A DNA stretch of 64,000 bases. Origin: Candidatus Babeliales bacterium (lineage in GTDB: Bacteria; Babelota; Babeliae; Babelales; JANWKD01). A program made the position numbers and the translations under genes. The stretch covers positions 384,001-448,000 of the forward strand of contig CAVRJO010000001.1 of the NCBI GenBank assembly GCA_963722255.1. The letters are read 5' to 3'. The notes beneath the pieces are model-generated. The model ran no database searches. It saw only the letters and a program-made list of their open reading frames with translations, and was not told the DNA's origin. Positions 19,550-28,687 of the stretch are shown here, in pieces (positions within the stretch are counted from its first letter, which is position 1; every line of letters starts with the position of its first letter).

Positions 19550-20134
19550 ATGCATCTCAAAAAATTAATAGCTTCTTTATGCTTCCTCTTAGCAGCAAAC
19601 CATACGTCACAAACTATGAATCTGGAATATTTTAAAAATATGGCCTCTCAAGAAACTATAAAAACAGTTGGCGTTGCATTAGGTGCATTTTGCTTGATCA
19701 ATCCTCAGTTTTGTAATTTTCATGAACTATGCCATGGCCTTACGGTAAAAGCATTGTTTAATCTGCCGGTAACTTATAAATTCGAATTTCTTCCTTGGAA
19801 ATTCCCTGCCTATGACTATGATAAATCAAAAGTTCCACTAAAAGGATTACGCAGAGCTCTTTTGCATGCAAGTGGCACCGTAGGTGGATTAGCTGCGATT
19901 TATGCAGCATCAAAATGTGTCAATATTGGCATAGAATACTATGGCGGTCAATCACTTATCGAAGCTGTTTCCAATGGATTACAAAAATCATTTTTTTCAT
20001 GCGATCAGCATTTTGCAAGGCGACTGGTTTGCGCAGGCTTAATTACGACACAACTGGCAAATCTAATTCCCTTCAAGTGGCCTTTTGAAAGTGATGGTTA
20101 TCGCACTCTAAAGGCTTTGAATATTATAGAATAA
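19550..20134 (+). CDS. M50-like membrane zinc metalloprotease, paralog 3
   Basis: HELCH, HASG, NLIP, SDGY; signal peptide. Confidence 0.7.
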   Translation: MHLKKLIASLCFLLAANHTSQTMNLEYFKNMASQETIKTVGVALGAFCLINPQFCNFHELCHGLTVKALFNLPVTYKFEFLPWKFPAYDYDKSKVPLKGLRRALLHASGTVGGLAAIYAASKCVNIGIEYYGGQSLIEAVSNGLQKSFFSCDQHFARRLVCAGLITTQLANLIPFKWPFESDGYRTLKALNIIE

Positions 20135-20372
20135 CCCGAATTCGATGAATAAACGTAGATTCCTGCAAGCAAAAAAATATTGTGAACATCAATGATGTCA
20201 TCACGAGGAACGAAACAAAGTGTAGTGACGTGGTGACCCAGTAATAAAATGAAAAGCCTTTATAACTGGGTTGCTTCGCAAGCTCGCAATGACATTCGTA
20301 AAATTATTTTCCACAGCAAAGCATTGATTTGATGCTATTTTTTCATTTTTTATTATCATCGAATTCGCGTTA
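20132..20372. mobile_element. MITE-like element with internal REP/RPE-like palindrome
   Basis: 17-bp inverted ends taacccgaattcgatga / tcatcgaattcgcgtta (1 mismatch); interior gtcatcacgagg...ctcgcaatgac and acccagt...actgggt. Confidence 0.7.
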
Positions 20373-20428
20373 GAATAGCAAAGACTATAAAAAATAGTAT
20401 CTCTAGAAATTTAGAAGTGTTGTATCGC

Positions 20429-20800
20429 TTACTGCATACAACACTTCTTTTTTTCATTTCCTGAAATTTCATCTGACTCTTTTATATCAGCGCTGCTGAT
20501 ATCAATACATATCAAGAAAAAATCATAGGTAATACAATAACAAGTAAACGGCTCATATAAGGTAACACGTGATTCATGTGCATCAAATACTGCTTTCAAA
20601 CAATTTGATTCAATAACTTTTTTGGGTACCTGTAAATCAACCGATTCTTGCATAAGTTGCTCGGCAATATCTTTTTTTGTTACCCATGGTTCTACAGCAG
20701 AAACTATTTCATCAAAATTCAAGAGCATACTGCTACATGGCTTTGATATAAACAATAAAGCTGTACAAGAAAGAATTTTTACATAGTGAGCTTTTTGCAT
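20429..20800 (-). CDS. Hypothetical secreted protein ending KKKCCMQ (CaaX-like)
   Basis: AAGGAG SD; signal-like N-terminus; polybasic plus CaaX C-terminus. Confidence 0.7.
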   Translation of the reverse strand: MQKAHYVKILSCTALLFISKPCSSMLLNFDEIVSAVEPWVTKKDIAEQLMQESVDLQVPKKVIESNCLKAVFDAHESRVTLYEPFTCYCITYDFFLICIDISSADIKESDEISGNEKKKCCMQ

Positions 20801-20857
20801 ACTATCTCCTTAGAACCTACCTCAATTTCTACTATTTCAGATATAAAGCATTATTTA

Positions 20858-20902
20858 AAAATTATGCATACATACTAAAAAATAATATGTATGCATAATT
20901 TT
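20858..20902 (-). terminator. Hairpin/terminator after P-loop kinase gene
   Basis: aaaattatgcatacata...tatgtatgcataatttt. Confidence 0.65.
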
Positions 20903-20926
20903 ATTAATGAGCAAGAATAATAATCA

Positions 20927-21727
20927 TTAATATATACAACAGGCATCATAATAATAGCGTTGATATAGAGCTTCTCTCATTATTTTCTCATTTTTTTTAC
21001 AAGCATTATCTACAGATTCATCTATTTGCAGTACGAATGGCAACAAATCTTCTGCACCCTCTTTAGGAGAAATATCCGATGTATCAAGTTTAAAATCATA
21101 GTGCTTATGATCATCCACAATCTCTTGTAATCTCGATCCTTTTCTATAATGTTGCTCGAAATAACATTCTAATCTATGTTGCAACGTATCATCCGATGCA
21201 TTTCTTTCTTGTAACCTCTTTTTTGCAATTTCATACGAACAAAAAACTTTAATCAAAGCAATAGTTTGAAGCTTCTTTCTAAAAACATATAGAAAATCGA
21301 GGAAACTTCCTCGATTCATAAAGCAATGATCTACTATTACCAACTTTCCTTCAACCATTTTTTCCAAGATTTGATTGTAAAAAATAACAAAATCTTGTTG
21401 TATTTCCTGTTTGATACCTTTTAAATAAGGATCTGCAAAAATATGAATTCCCTTATTTTCAAAATAAGCTATTTGTTCTTTGGTATAGTTACTATTATTG
21501 GACACTTCTACTTGATATCTATCAAAACTCATATGAGATACATTATTAATTCCTTTTTCATGAGCAAGATTCACCAACGACTTTGCCAAAGATGTTTTTC
21601 CTGCGCATGAAGGACCGTTCAAAAGCGCAAGACGAATATCATTATCATGCCTTTCTTCCATACAAAAAGTCGAAGCGCATGCAAATAAAAATCCGCTTAA
21701 TAAAACTTGTATACTAGTACTGTTCAT
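20927..21727 (-). CDS. Secreted P-loop kinase (chloramphenicol phosphotransferase/AAA_33-like)
   Basis: LLNGPSCAGKTS Walker A, VIVDH, RLQERN lid, YDFKLDTS; signal FC|MEER; ends CCIY. Confidence 0.75.
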   Translation of the reverse strand: MNSTSIQVLLSGFLFACASTFCMEERHDNDIRLALLNGPSCAGKTSLAKSLVNLAHEKGINNVSHMSFDRYQVEVSNNSNYTKEQIAYFENKGIHIFADPYLKGIKQEIQQDFVIFYNQILEKMVEGKLVIVDHCFMNRGSFLDFLYVFRKKLQTIALIKVFCSYEIAKKRLQERNASDDTLQHRLECYFEQHYRKGSRLQEIVDDHKHYDFKLDTSDISPKEGAEDLLPFVLQIDESVDNACKKNEKIMREALYQRYYYDACCIY

Positions 21728-21794
21728 TGTAAATTCCTCATAAATTTCAAATGAGTGCATACCTAAAAAAGATATGCACCCATATTTTTTTTAT

Positions 21795-22577
21795 TTAAAC
21801 ATAATCAAGGCGTCTTTTAAACTTTCTTAATGCATGTGCATAAAAAAGAACTATAAACAACCACAACATTCCTAAACATAACCAAAAATTAATAAAACCA
21901 TCTTGGCCCAATACCGCTGAACGCGATGCTTCAAAAGCATAGATCATGGGATTAAGCAATGAAACATAACTCCAAGATGGATATGCCTTATTAAGCGTGT
22001 TCCATGAGTATTGGTAACAACCAAAAGTCCATAAAATAAGAACAAAACGCATCCAGATATGGGGAAAGTTCATACTTTTTTTAACCCAACTTGCAATCCA
22101 TAAGCCATAAAACCCAAAAAATATATTTATACTTACAAAGGATAGTGCAAGTTTTATTATTGAAAGATTACTCAGATTAAATAAAGAACCTAATAGAATT
22201 TTACCCACCGGCAACGTAAATATATTCAGAAATAAGGAGGTTAATGCAAAACCGATGCCAATTTTAATAAAAAGCAGCCATGCAGGTAAAGGCAAAGCCA
22301 ATTGATAGGAAATACTATTAGTTCCTTCCATATCAGCAACCATAATTTGTGCTTTGTTTATTGCATTAAATAAACACATACTGGTCATAGTTCCCACCAG
22401 AATAAAGCTGCCATACTCATTTCCAATACCCATATGAGGTAATATATAACTACTTACCAACACAATTGAGGCAGGAAAAAGGAGTGCATCAATAACATTT
22501 GCAAAAAAATCTTGAAAAAAAACGCGTAATTCTTGCCAGAGAAGCCAGCCAAAAACGGCTAATGATCTTCTTTTCAT
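21795..22577 (-). CDS. ABC-2 type transporter permease
   Basis: About six TM segments, LLNPMIYAFEASR motif; coupled to ATPase gene. Confidence 0.85.
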   Translation of the reverse strand: MKRRSLAVFGWLLWQELRVFFQDFFANVIDALLFPASIVLVSSYILPHMGIGNEYGSFILVGTMTSMCLFNAINKAQIMVADMEGTNSISYQLALPLPAWLLFIKIGIGFALTSLFLNIFTLPVGKILLGSLFNLSNLSIIKLALSFVSINIFFGFYGLWIASWVKKSMNFPHIWMRFVLILWTFGCYQYSWNTLNKAYPSWSYVSLLNPMIYAFEASRSAVLGQDGFINFWLCLGMLWLFIVLFYAHALRKFKRRLDYV

Positions 22578-23323
22578 AAAGTTCCCTCTGTTTTCATAAG
22601 TTCTAAAAATACTTCTTCTAAATTTGCTTTGTTAAAACTAGTTTTTAACGATTCAGGTTTATCAATGAGCACAACTTTGCCTTTATCAAGAATACAAACT
22701 CTATCGGCCAAATATTCTGCTTCATCAAGATAATGTGTTGTTAAAATCACCGTTACGCCAGTTTCTTTGAGACTTTTAATAAGATCCCAAAGCTGTCTTC
22801 TAATATGTGGATCTAAAGCAACGGTCGGCTCATCAAGTAATACTAAAGAAGGTTTGTGCATCAAAGCGCGCGCAATTAAGAGACGTTGTTTATAGCCACC
22901 CGATAAAATATCAACCTTATGCTGCGCATAGCGAGTGAGCTCAAACTTTTCCATAAAAAATCGTGCATTATGCACTATCTCTTCTTGTGATAATCCATAA
23001 TATCTACCGGCAAAAATCAAATTTTCTTCAACAGTTAATGTTGATTCAAAATTTGGTTTTTGAGGGCAAAAACCAATCGATTGCCGATACCCATTAATAT
23101 CTGAATATATTGAAGCCTGCTTATAGCGCAGTTCTCCTTTGGTTGCAGGATGAATAGTTGCAATTATGGAAGACAGTGTTGTCTTACCAGCACCGTTGAC
23201 ACCAAGAAGGCCAAAAATTTCTCCTTGCTGAATATCAAAAGAAACATTTTTAAGCGCTTCAATAGTACCTTTATCAGTTTTATAGGTCTTACAAAGATTC
23301 CTAATTTGTAAAAGTGGTAGCAT
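22574..23323 (-). CDS. ABC transporter ATP-binding protein
   Basis: GVNGAGKT, LSGGYKQR, LLDEP, TTHY. Confidence 0.95.
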   Translation of the reverse strand: MLPLLQIRNLCKTYKTDKGTIEALKNVSFDIQQGEIFGLLGVNGAGKTTLSSIIATIHPATKGELRYKQASIYSDINGYRQSIGFCPQKPNFESTLTVEENLIFAGRYYGLSQEEIVHNARFFMEKFELTRYAQHKVDILSGGYKQRLLIARALMHKPSLVLLDEPTVALDPHIRRQLWDLIKSLKETGVTVILTTHYLDEAEYLADRVCILDKGKVVLIDKPESLKTSFNKANLEEVFLELMKTEGTL

Positions 23324-23755
23324 AGTTCTACCTTTCAAAAATAGTTCAAAAAAATAATAGTATCGTTTAGTACAAGCATTAGTTACCTAAGCTTGCAAAA
23401 AAATTATGGTAATTTGTGTAAGATGAGAAAAAGAGAAGTAGATTAGAACAAAATATGGTAAATGCATATCTATTCTATAGAAAACAAAATTCGTTCTCAG
23501 TAAAAATCAGTTCATCATTCCCCCAGGACACGTTTGGTGTGCTGGGATTAGACAATTGTGGGAATAATAATCGGAAATTGTAGATTAATCACGAAAATAA
23601 CCTTTTTTAGTATTTTTACAGTTTATTCTGTCCTTTTTTAGATTAATACAAATAAATAATAAAATCAATGCATATTTTATATAAATGCAAGCTTCAAGCC
23701 ATATAGTAGAATATTAGCTCAGTAATCATAGCTCTTGAAGATAAAACATAATAGA

Positions 23756-24073
23756 TTAGTGTTGCAGTTGCTCAAGTTCCTGATTTAAAAAATAGGTCAA
23801 TACTGTCCGAATTATAACCAATGCTCCAAGCATCCCAATCTCATAATAATCGGGAGTGACAATAGTTTTGATAATGTCAGCAGCAAGAAGAAACTCAACT
23901 GCCAATACAATAGTGCGGCCTAAATTGAGGCGCATTAAGTCAACGTCTAAAGGAATTCGATAGATACAATGTTGTAAAAAATATACACATGCACGAATAA
24001 CACCATAACAAATTATTCCAACGCCAATTAAATCAATAAGATACATAATCCACATAAGAATAGTAGTAATCAT
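23756..24073 (-). CDS. DUF1622-like membrane protein
   Basis: RLNLGRTIVLAVEFLLAADIIKTI...IIRTVLTYFL. Confidence 0.8.
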   Translation of the reverse strand: MITTILMWIMYLIDLIGVGIICYGVIRACVYFLQHCIYRIPLDVDLMRLNLGRTIVLAVEFLLAADIIKTIVTPDYYEIGMLGALVIIRTVLTYFLNQELEQLQH

Positions 24074-24226
24074 TCTCTTTCCTTTTTGATGATTCATTTG
24101 CTATTTTTAAGTAAGAGTAATGATGAAATAGTTGGAAATGCAATACTTTATCCAAACACCAAGCATATAAAAGGACTCATAGTCGTTACTACGGAGAATT
24201 CGTTAAAAATCGATTGGACCTGTGCT

Positions 24227-24874
24227 ATGAAACAATACTTTTTACCAACATTTTTTATTTTTTTAAATGTCTTTAAACCAACTCTCTGCATGCAAAGAGA
24301 TTTCGCTCTCCATAAAGAAAGAAATCTGTATCGTTGGTCACAACTTATGTATATTCAAGCACTTATGGAGCCAAACCTACTCGTTCAACAGGACCTTTTT
24401 AATCAAGCCCATACCTTAGCAACGACAAAAGACCTTAGAAAGAAAATCGAAAAATCAAAAAGATTTGCGCAAAAAAGCTATGCTGCCGATGCAAAAAAAG
24501 CCCTTCTATCAAAGTTAGTTGCTCAACAACTAGTAAAAGAGGCCAAAAGGAAAAATAAAGAATTAGCGCACAAAAAAGCAGAATTATCAAAAAGCAAACA
24601 ACGAAAAATAATTCGTCAAGAGTATATTCGATTAGTAGAAGAAAAAAACAGGCTCTTGGATCTTGCACAAAAAGAATATATTGCTGCAGCAATGTTCTAT
24701 CTTTTAGTATATGACAATGCACAAAAAGAGCGGTATCTTTCATATGCTGAAGATATTGTCAGCAAAAAGATATATGAAATTGAAATTGAACAGATGTCAA
24801 CCTCACATATCTTTACTATATATAATGAAAAAATTAATCTTTTTAAAGAAATACAAAAACGCAAAGGAAATTAG
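24227..24874 (+). CDS. Hypothetical secreted helical, Lys-rich protein
   Basis: Start MKQYF; signal TLC|MQRD; abuts M3 peptidase gene. Confidence 0.65.
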   Translation: MKQYFLPTFFIFLNVFKPTLCMQRDFALHKERNLYRWSQLMYIQALMEPNLLVQQDLFNQAHTLATTKDLRKKIEKSKRFAQKSYAADAKKALLSKLVAQQLVKEAKRKNKELAHKKAELSKSKQRKIIRQEYIRLVEEKNRLLDLAQKEYIAAAMFYLLVYDNAQKERYLSYAEDIVSKKIYEIEIEQMSTSHIFTIYNEKINLFKEIQKRKGN

Positions 24875-24876
24875 TT

Positions 24877-26958
24877 ATGAAATCTGGTAGTATACTAGTG
24901 GTTGCTTTACTAATACTCATAAGCGGCCTTATTTTTTGGCATATAACACTCAAAACAGAAAATTACACTATGATATATTCAATAAAAACAGTAGATGATA
25001 TTCATAAAATTTTTCCACATGATATCGCTGGAATTAAGTCACTAGCGTCTCAAGCAATACAAGAGGCAGAACAAAGGATCGCAGAGCTCATTGAACGTAC
25101 ACCTGAAAAACGAACTGTTGAAAATACTCTTTATGGATTCGATACGGCCTACATGCATTTTAGGCAAGCAATTGCCACGCTTGAAGCCCTTGTGTTATTA
25201 AGTCCTGATGATGCAATTCGCACAGAAGCAGAAAAAGAATCAGTCGTACTTCAAAAAAAATTTATAGATCTTTTTGCCCAAAATAAAGCATTATATACTG
25301 TGCTCAATGAGTTTAATGAAGCGTATAAAAATAGCCCTTTACTCTCAGCAGAAGAGCATTATTTTCTTAACGAAACAGTCTTGGATTATCAACGAAATGG
25401 CCTTGATCTACCTGACGAACAACGTAAAAAGGTTATCGAATTACAAAAAGAGCTTGCTGAGCTTTGTACTGAATTTTCTCAAAATATCGCAACCGACAAA
25501 AGTTCTATAACGGTAACGCGTAATGAACTTGCTGGCTTAGAAGATTCATTTATTGATGCTTTAAAAAAGACGGACGATGGCCGTTTTATTCTTGGCGTCG
25601 ATTATCCAACATTTTTTGCTGTAATGTCATTTGCACAATCAAGCGAAACGCGAAAAAAATTATACAATGCCTTTAATAATCGCGCATATCCTATAAATAC
25701 CCCCGTTTTACAAAAAATAATCGAAAAACGACATGAATTGGCTCAAATGCTTGGGTTTACAAGCTTTGCACATCTTTCATTGGCAAGTGAAATGGTGCAT
25801 AATCCTGAACGAGCATTGCAATTTCTTACTGACCTTCTTAAAAGAATCAATACTAAAGAAGCATTAGAGTTTAAAGAATTAACCAAAGAGCTTCCGCCTT
25901 CTGTCAAACTTTCAAATGGGAAAATGCATCCTTGGGATAAAACCTATCTTATTGAACAGTACAAAAAATCACATTTTAATCTCGATGAAAACCTTATAAC
26001 TCATTATTTCCCCATGGATAACACCATTAAAGAACTTTTATCAATTTATGAACAGTTTTTAAACGTTACCTTTAAAGAGGAACCAATAAAAGGTTTATGG
26101 CATCCCGATGTCCGCTGTATTGCCGTTTACAATAATAATCAATTAGCTGGATATCTTTTACTTGATCTTTATCCTAGACCCAATAAATTCAGCCATGCAT
26201 GCCAAACAACTATAATACCAGCACGAATCAATAACGATGGCTCAATTGAACCAGCACTTGCAATTGTTATTGCAAACTTTCCAAAAGCTACAGCAACACA
26301 GCCAGCCTTGCTTCCACGGCGCGATGTTACGACTTTTTTCCATGAATTTGGCCATGCATTACATGCTTTACTTGGCGCTACACATCTTGCTGCAACATCA
26401 GGAACCAATGTAAAAACAGATTTTGTTGAAATGCCATCACAGATGCTGGAAGAATGGCTTTGGGACAAAGATATCCTAAAGAAAATTAGTTCACATTATC
26501 AAACAGGGAAACCACTTTCTGATGATGTTATCAATACCCTACTAAGCATTAAAAATATTAGTACCGGCAATGATCTACAGCGTCAAATTGTCTTTGGTCT
26601 TTTATCACTTACACTTTTTAATGAAAGTGATAAGAAAGATATTGATGCTATTTTCAAAAAGATTTATGAAAATACCCGTGTTCATGAAGAATTTGACCCT
26701 AACGCACATCCTTATGATTCTTTTGGCCATTTAACCGATTATGGTGCAAAATATTACAGCTATTTATGGTCAAAAGTATTTGCTCTTGATCTTTTTGAAA
26801 CAATAAAAAAAGTTGGTTTATTAAACCCGGAAATTGGGGTTCGCTATAAAGAGATGATTCTTGCACCGGGCGGTAGCAAAGATCCTAATGAATTATTAAA
26901 AGATTTCTTAGGTCGTGAACCTAATAATGATGCGTTTATGCATGATTTAGGATTGTAA
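24877..26958 (+). CDS. M3 family oligopeptidase (thimet/oligopeptidase A-like) with N-terminal anchor, copy A
   Basis: LDLYPRPNKFSHA, FFHEFGHALH, DFVEMPSQMLEEW, YYSYLWS, FLGREPN. Confidence 0.93.
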   Translation: MKSGSILVVALLILISGLIFWHITLKTENYTMIYSIKTVDDIHKIFPHDIAGIKSLASQAIQEAEQRIAELIERTPEKRTVENTLYGFDTAYMHFRQAIATLEALVLLSPDDAIRTEAEKESVVLQKKFIDLFAQNKALYTVLNEFNEAYKNSPLLSAEEHYFLNETVLDYQRNGLDLPDEQRKKVIELQKELAELCTEFSQNIATDKSSITVTRNELAGLEDSFIDALKKTDDGRFILGVDYPTFFAVMSFAQSSETRKKLYNAFNNRAYPINTPVLQKIIEKRHELAQMLGFTSFAHLSLASEMVHNPERALQFLTDLLKRINTKEALEFKELTKELPPSVKLSNGKMHPWDKTYLIEQYKKSHFNLDENLITHYFPMDNTIKELLSIYEQFLNVTFKEEPIKGLWHPDVRCIAVYNNNQLAGYLLLDLYPRPNKFSHACQTTIIPARINNDGSIEPALAIVIANFPKATATQPALLPRRDVTTFFHEFGHALHALLGATHLAATSGTNVKTDFVEMPSQMLEEWLWDKDILKKISSHYQTGKPLSDDVINTLLSIKNISTGNDLQRQIVFGLLSLTLFNESDKKDIDAIFKKIYENTRVHEEFDPNAHPYDSFGHLTDYGAKYYSYLWSKVFALDLFETIKKVGLLNPEIGVRYKEMILAPGGSKDPNELLKDFLGREPNNDAFMHDLGL

Positions 26959-26959
26959 C

Positions 26960-27013
26960 AAAAAGAAAGAGGCGTTTATGAAGAAATTTTCATAAGCGCC
27001 TTTTCTATTTTTT
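26960..27013. terminator. Bidirectional terminator
   Basis: gaggcgtttatgaa...ttcataagcgcctttt. Confidence 0.7.
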
Positions 27014-27384
27014 AATAGAATATATAGCCTGATTTTAAATACCATGATGCAATAAGCCAACGGTGACAGCCCATGCTTCTGCAGTAAATGCATTTGTTAT
27101 ACCACCACTCAGTCCTCCAGCAACAATTCCAGCTATCACAGTTTTAGTAAGCACCTCAGTAGCTACTCCGTAGCGAATATTCTATCCATTTCACTATACG
27201 TAAGCGCTGCTGGAATAACAAATGTTGGAATTACAGTAGCAGCAATTGTTACAGCTGTTTTCGCCTTAGGATGTGTTGCAAAATAGTTTCTAAGATCTTG
27301 TAACCCAATACCAAAAGTCTGGGTTGAAGCCGAAACTAAAACTATCGCCAATGCTATTTTAGAAATTAATGATTTTTTCATCAT
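27012..27384 (-). CDS. Small secreted Gly/Ala-rich membrane protein, copy 1 (frameshift near 27180; 3' end approximate)
   Basis: MMKKSLISKIALAIVLVSASTQTFG; alternate frame continues IAGIVAGGLSGGITNAF. Confidence 0.6.
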
Positions 27385-27481
27385 TTGTCCTTTATTTTAA
27401 CTAAAAAAATAACAATTTTACTCTATAATTCTATAAAATATATCATATTTGTCAATTTTCTATAATGCCTTCAAAAGGCTT

Positions 27482-27857
27482 TTATTTGTTAATGATTCCT
27501 GGTATAAAGAAAAAACCACATAATGAGGCTAAGCTTACACCGGCTAATCCTGTAGCAACACAATATTCAGCAGGGTAGTTTTTAGCTAAGATACGATACG
27601 AATGCCTCCAATACTCTACCAAGAAGGTTAACAAATTCATTCCTGTGTTTACACGTTGACGTGCAACCATAATATCCCATAAAGTCAAATCGACGGGAAT
27701 TACAGTAGCCGGTATCAATGTTGCTGCAGCAACCAAACTGCCTTTAATTACTGGATGCTTTTAAACCACTCAATACCTGAACCACCAAATGCCTGAGTTG
27801 AAGCTGAAACTAAAACTATCGCTAATGCTATTTTAGAAATTAATGTTTTTTCATCAT
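27482..27857 (-). CDS. Small secreted Gly/Ala-rich membrane protein, copy 2 (5' frameshifts)
   Basis: Same leader DNA as copies 1 and 3 with indels; body shares LAxxYPAxY with copy 3. Confidence 0.6.
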
Positions 27858-27977
27858 TTTGTCCTTTATTTTAACTATAAAAAATAACAATTTTACTCTA
27901 TAATTCTATCAAATATATCATATTTGTCAATTTTATATAATACATTCAAAAAAAGTACAAATGTGTCCATTATATGC

Positions 27978-28023
27978 TCGTGAGCCTAATAATGATGCGT
28001 TTATGCACGATTTGGGATTATAA
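27978..28023 (+). repeat. 46-bp relic of M3 peptidase A 3' end
   Basis: Matches 26913..26958 with 4 mismatches, all synonymous (REPNNDAFMHDLGL*). Confidence 0.9.
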
Positions 28024-28063
28024 TAAAAAAGAGGATATTGCACTTAATGCAATATCCTCTTTG
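28024..28063. terminator. Bidirectional terminator
   Basis: aaagaggatattgca-ctta-atgcaatatcctcttt. Confidence 0.8.
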
Positions 28064-28126
28064 TATCTCTAAACTACAATCTATTTTTATCAATAATTAG
28101 CTGCAAAAATCAATCCCGGTAATGCA

Positions 28127-28483
28127 TCACAAAGCATTACTAATGAAAATAGTTGCAAAAGTTAATGCTACAGCAGTTACATATCCAGCTGGATATTTTT
28201 CAGCTAATGTTCGTGAAGCAAATGCAATTCCAGCACCAATACCACAATCAACTGCTAGCATAGTTGCCGAAAGATTATGCCCATCAGCCTGTTGTAAAAA
28301 AGCTAGCATTACAGGAATGTAAGTCGCAGGTACATAAGTCGCAATGTTAACAACTGTGGATTTAACAAGCGGCTTTTTAAAAAATTTTTTAACATCTTTT
28401 ATCCCAATACCAAAAGCCTGGGTTGAAGCCGAAACTAATACTATAGCCAACGCTATTTTAGAAATTAATGATTTTTTCATCAT
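28127..28483 (-). CDS. Small secreted Gly/Ala-rich membrane protein, copy 3
   Basis: Same leader; GIGAGIAFA; AAAGGA SD; duplicated upstream region with TTGACA-N16-TAGAAT. Confidence 0.75.
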   Translation of the reverse strand: MMKKSLISKIALAIVLVSASTQAFGIGIKDVKKFFKKPLVKSTVVNIATYVPATYIPVMLAFLQQADGHNLSATMLAVDCGIGAGIAFASRTLAEKYPAGYVTAVALTFATIFISNAL

Positions 28484-28687
28484 TTATCCTTTATTTTAAC
28501 TAAAAAAAATAACAATTTTACTCTGCAATTCTATCAAATATATCATATTTGTCAATTTTTGTTAAAAATAAGCTTTTCAGATTCCCCCAGGAAGGCGACA
28601 GCGCTTCGATGCTTTTGACAAAATAGTCAATTTTATAATAATCTATATTTGTATTATTAAATATATATAAAAAATGGAATAGTTTCT

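Noticed and set aside
24086..24226. Long N-terminal extensions in the ORF track (also 3513, 11815, 31475, 41175, 55584)
   Set aside because: Downstream ATGs give a proper signal peptide and usually a better SD
23517..28592. Identical 12-mer attcccccagga at 23517 and 28581
   Set aside because: Only two copies with unrelated flanks; cannot distinguish from chance
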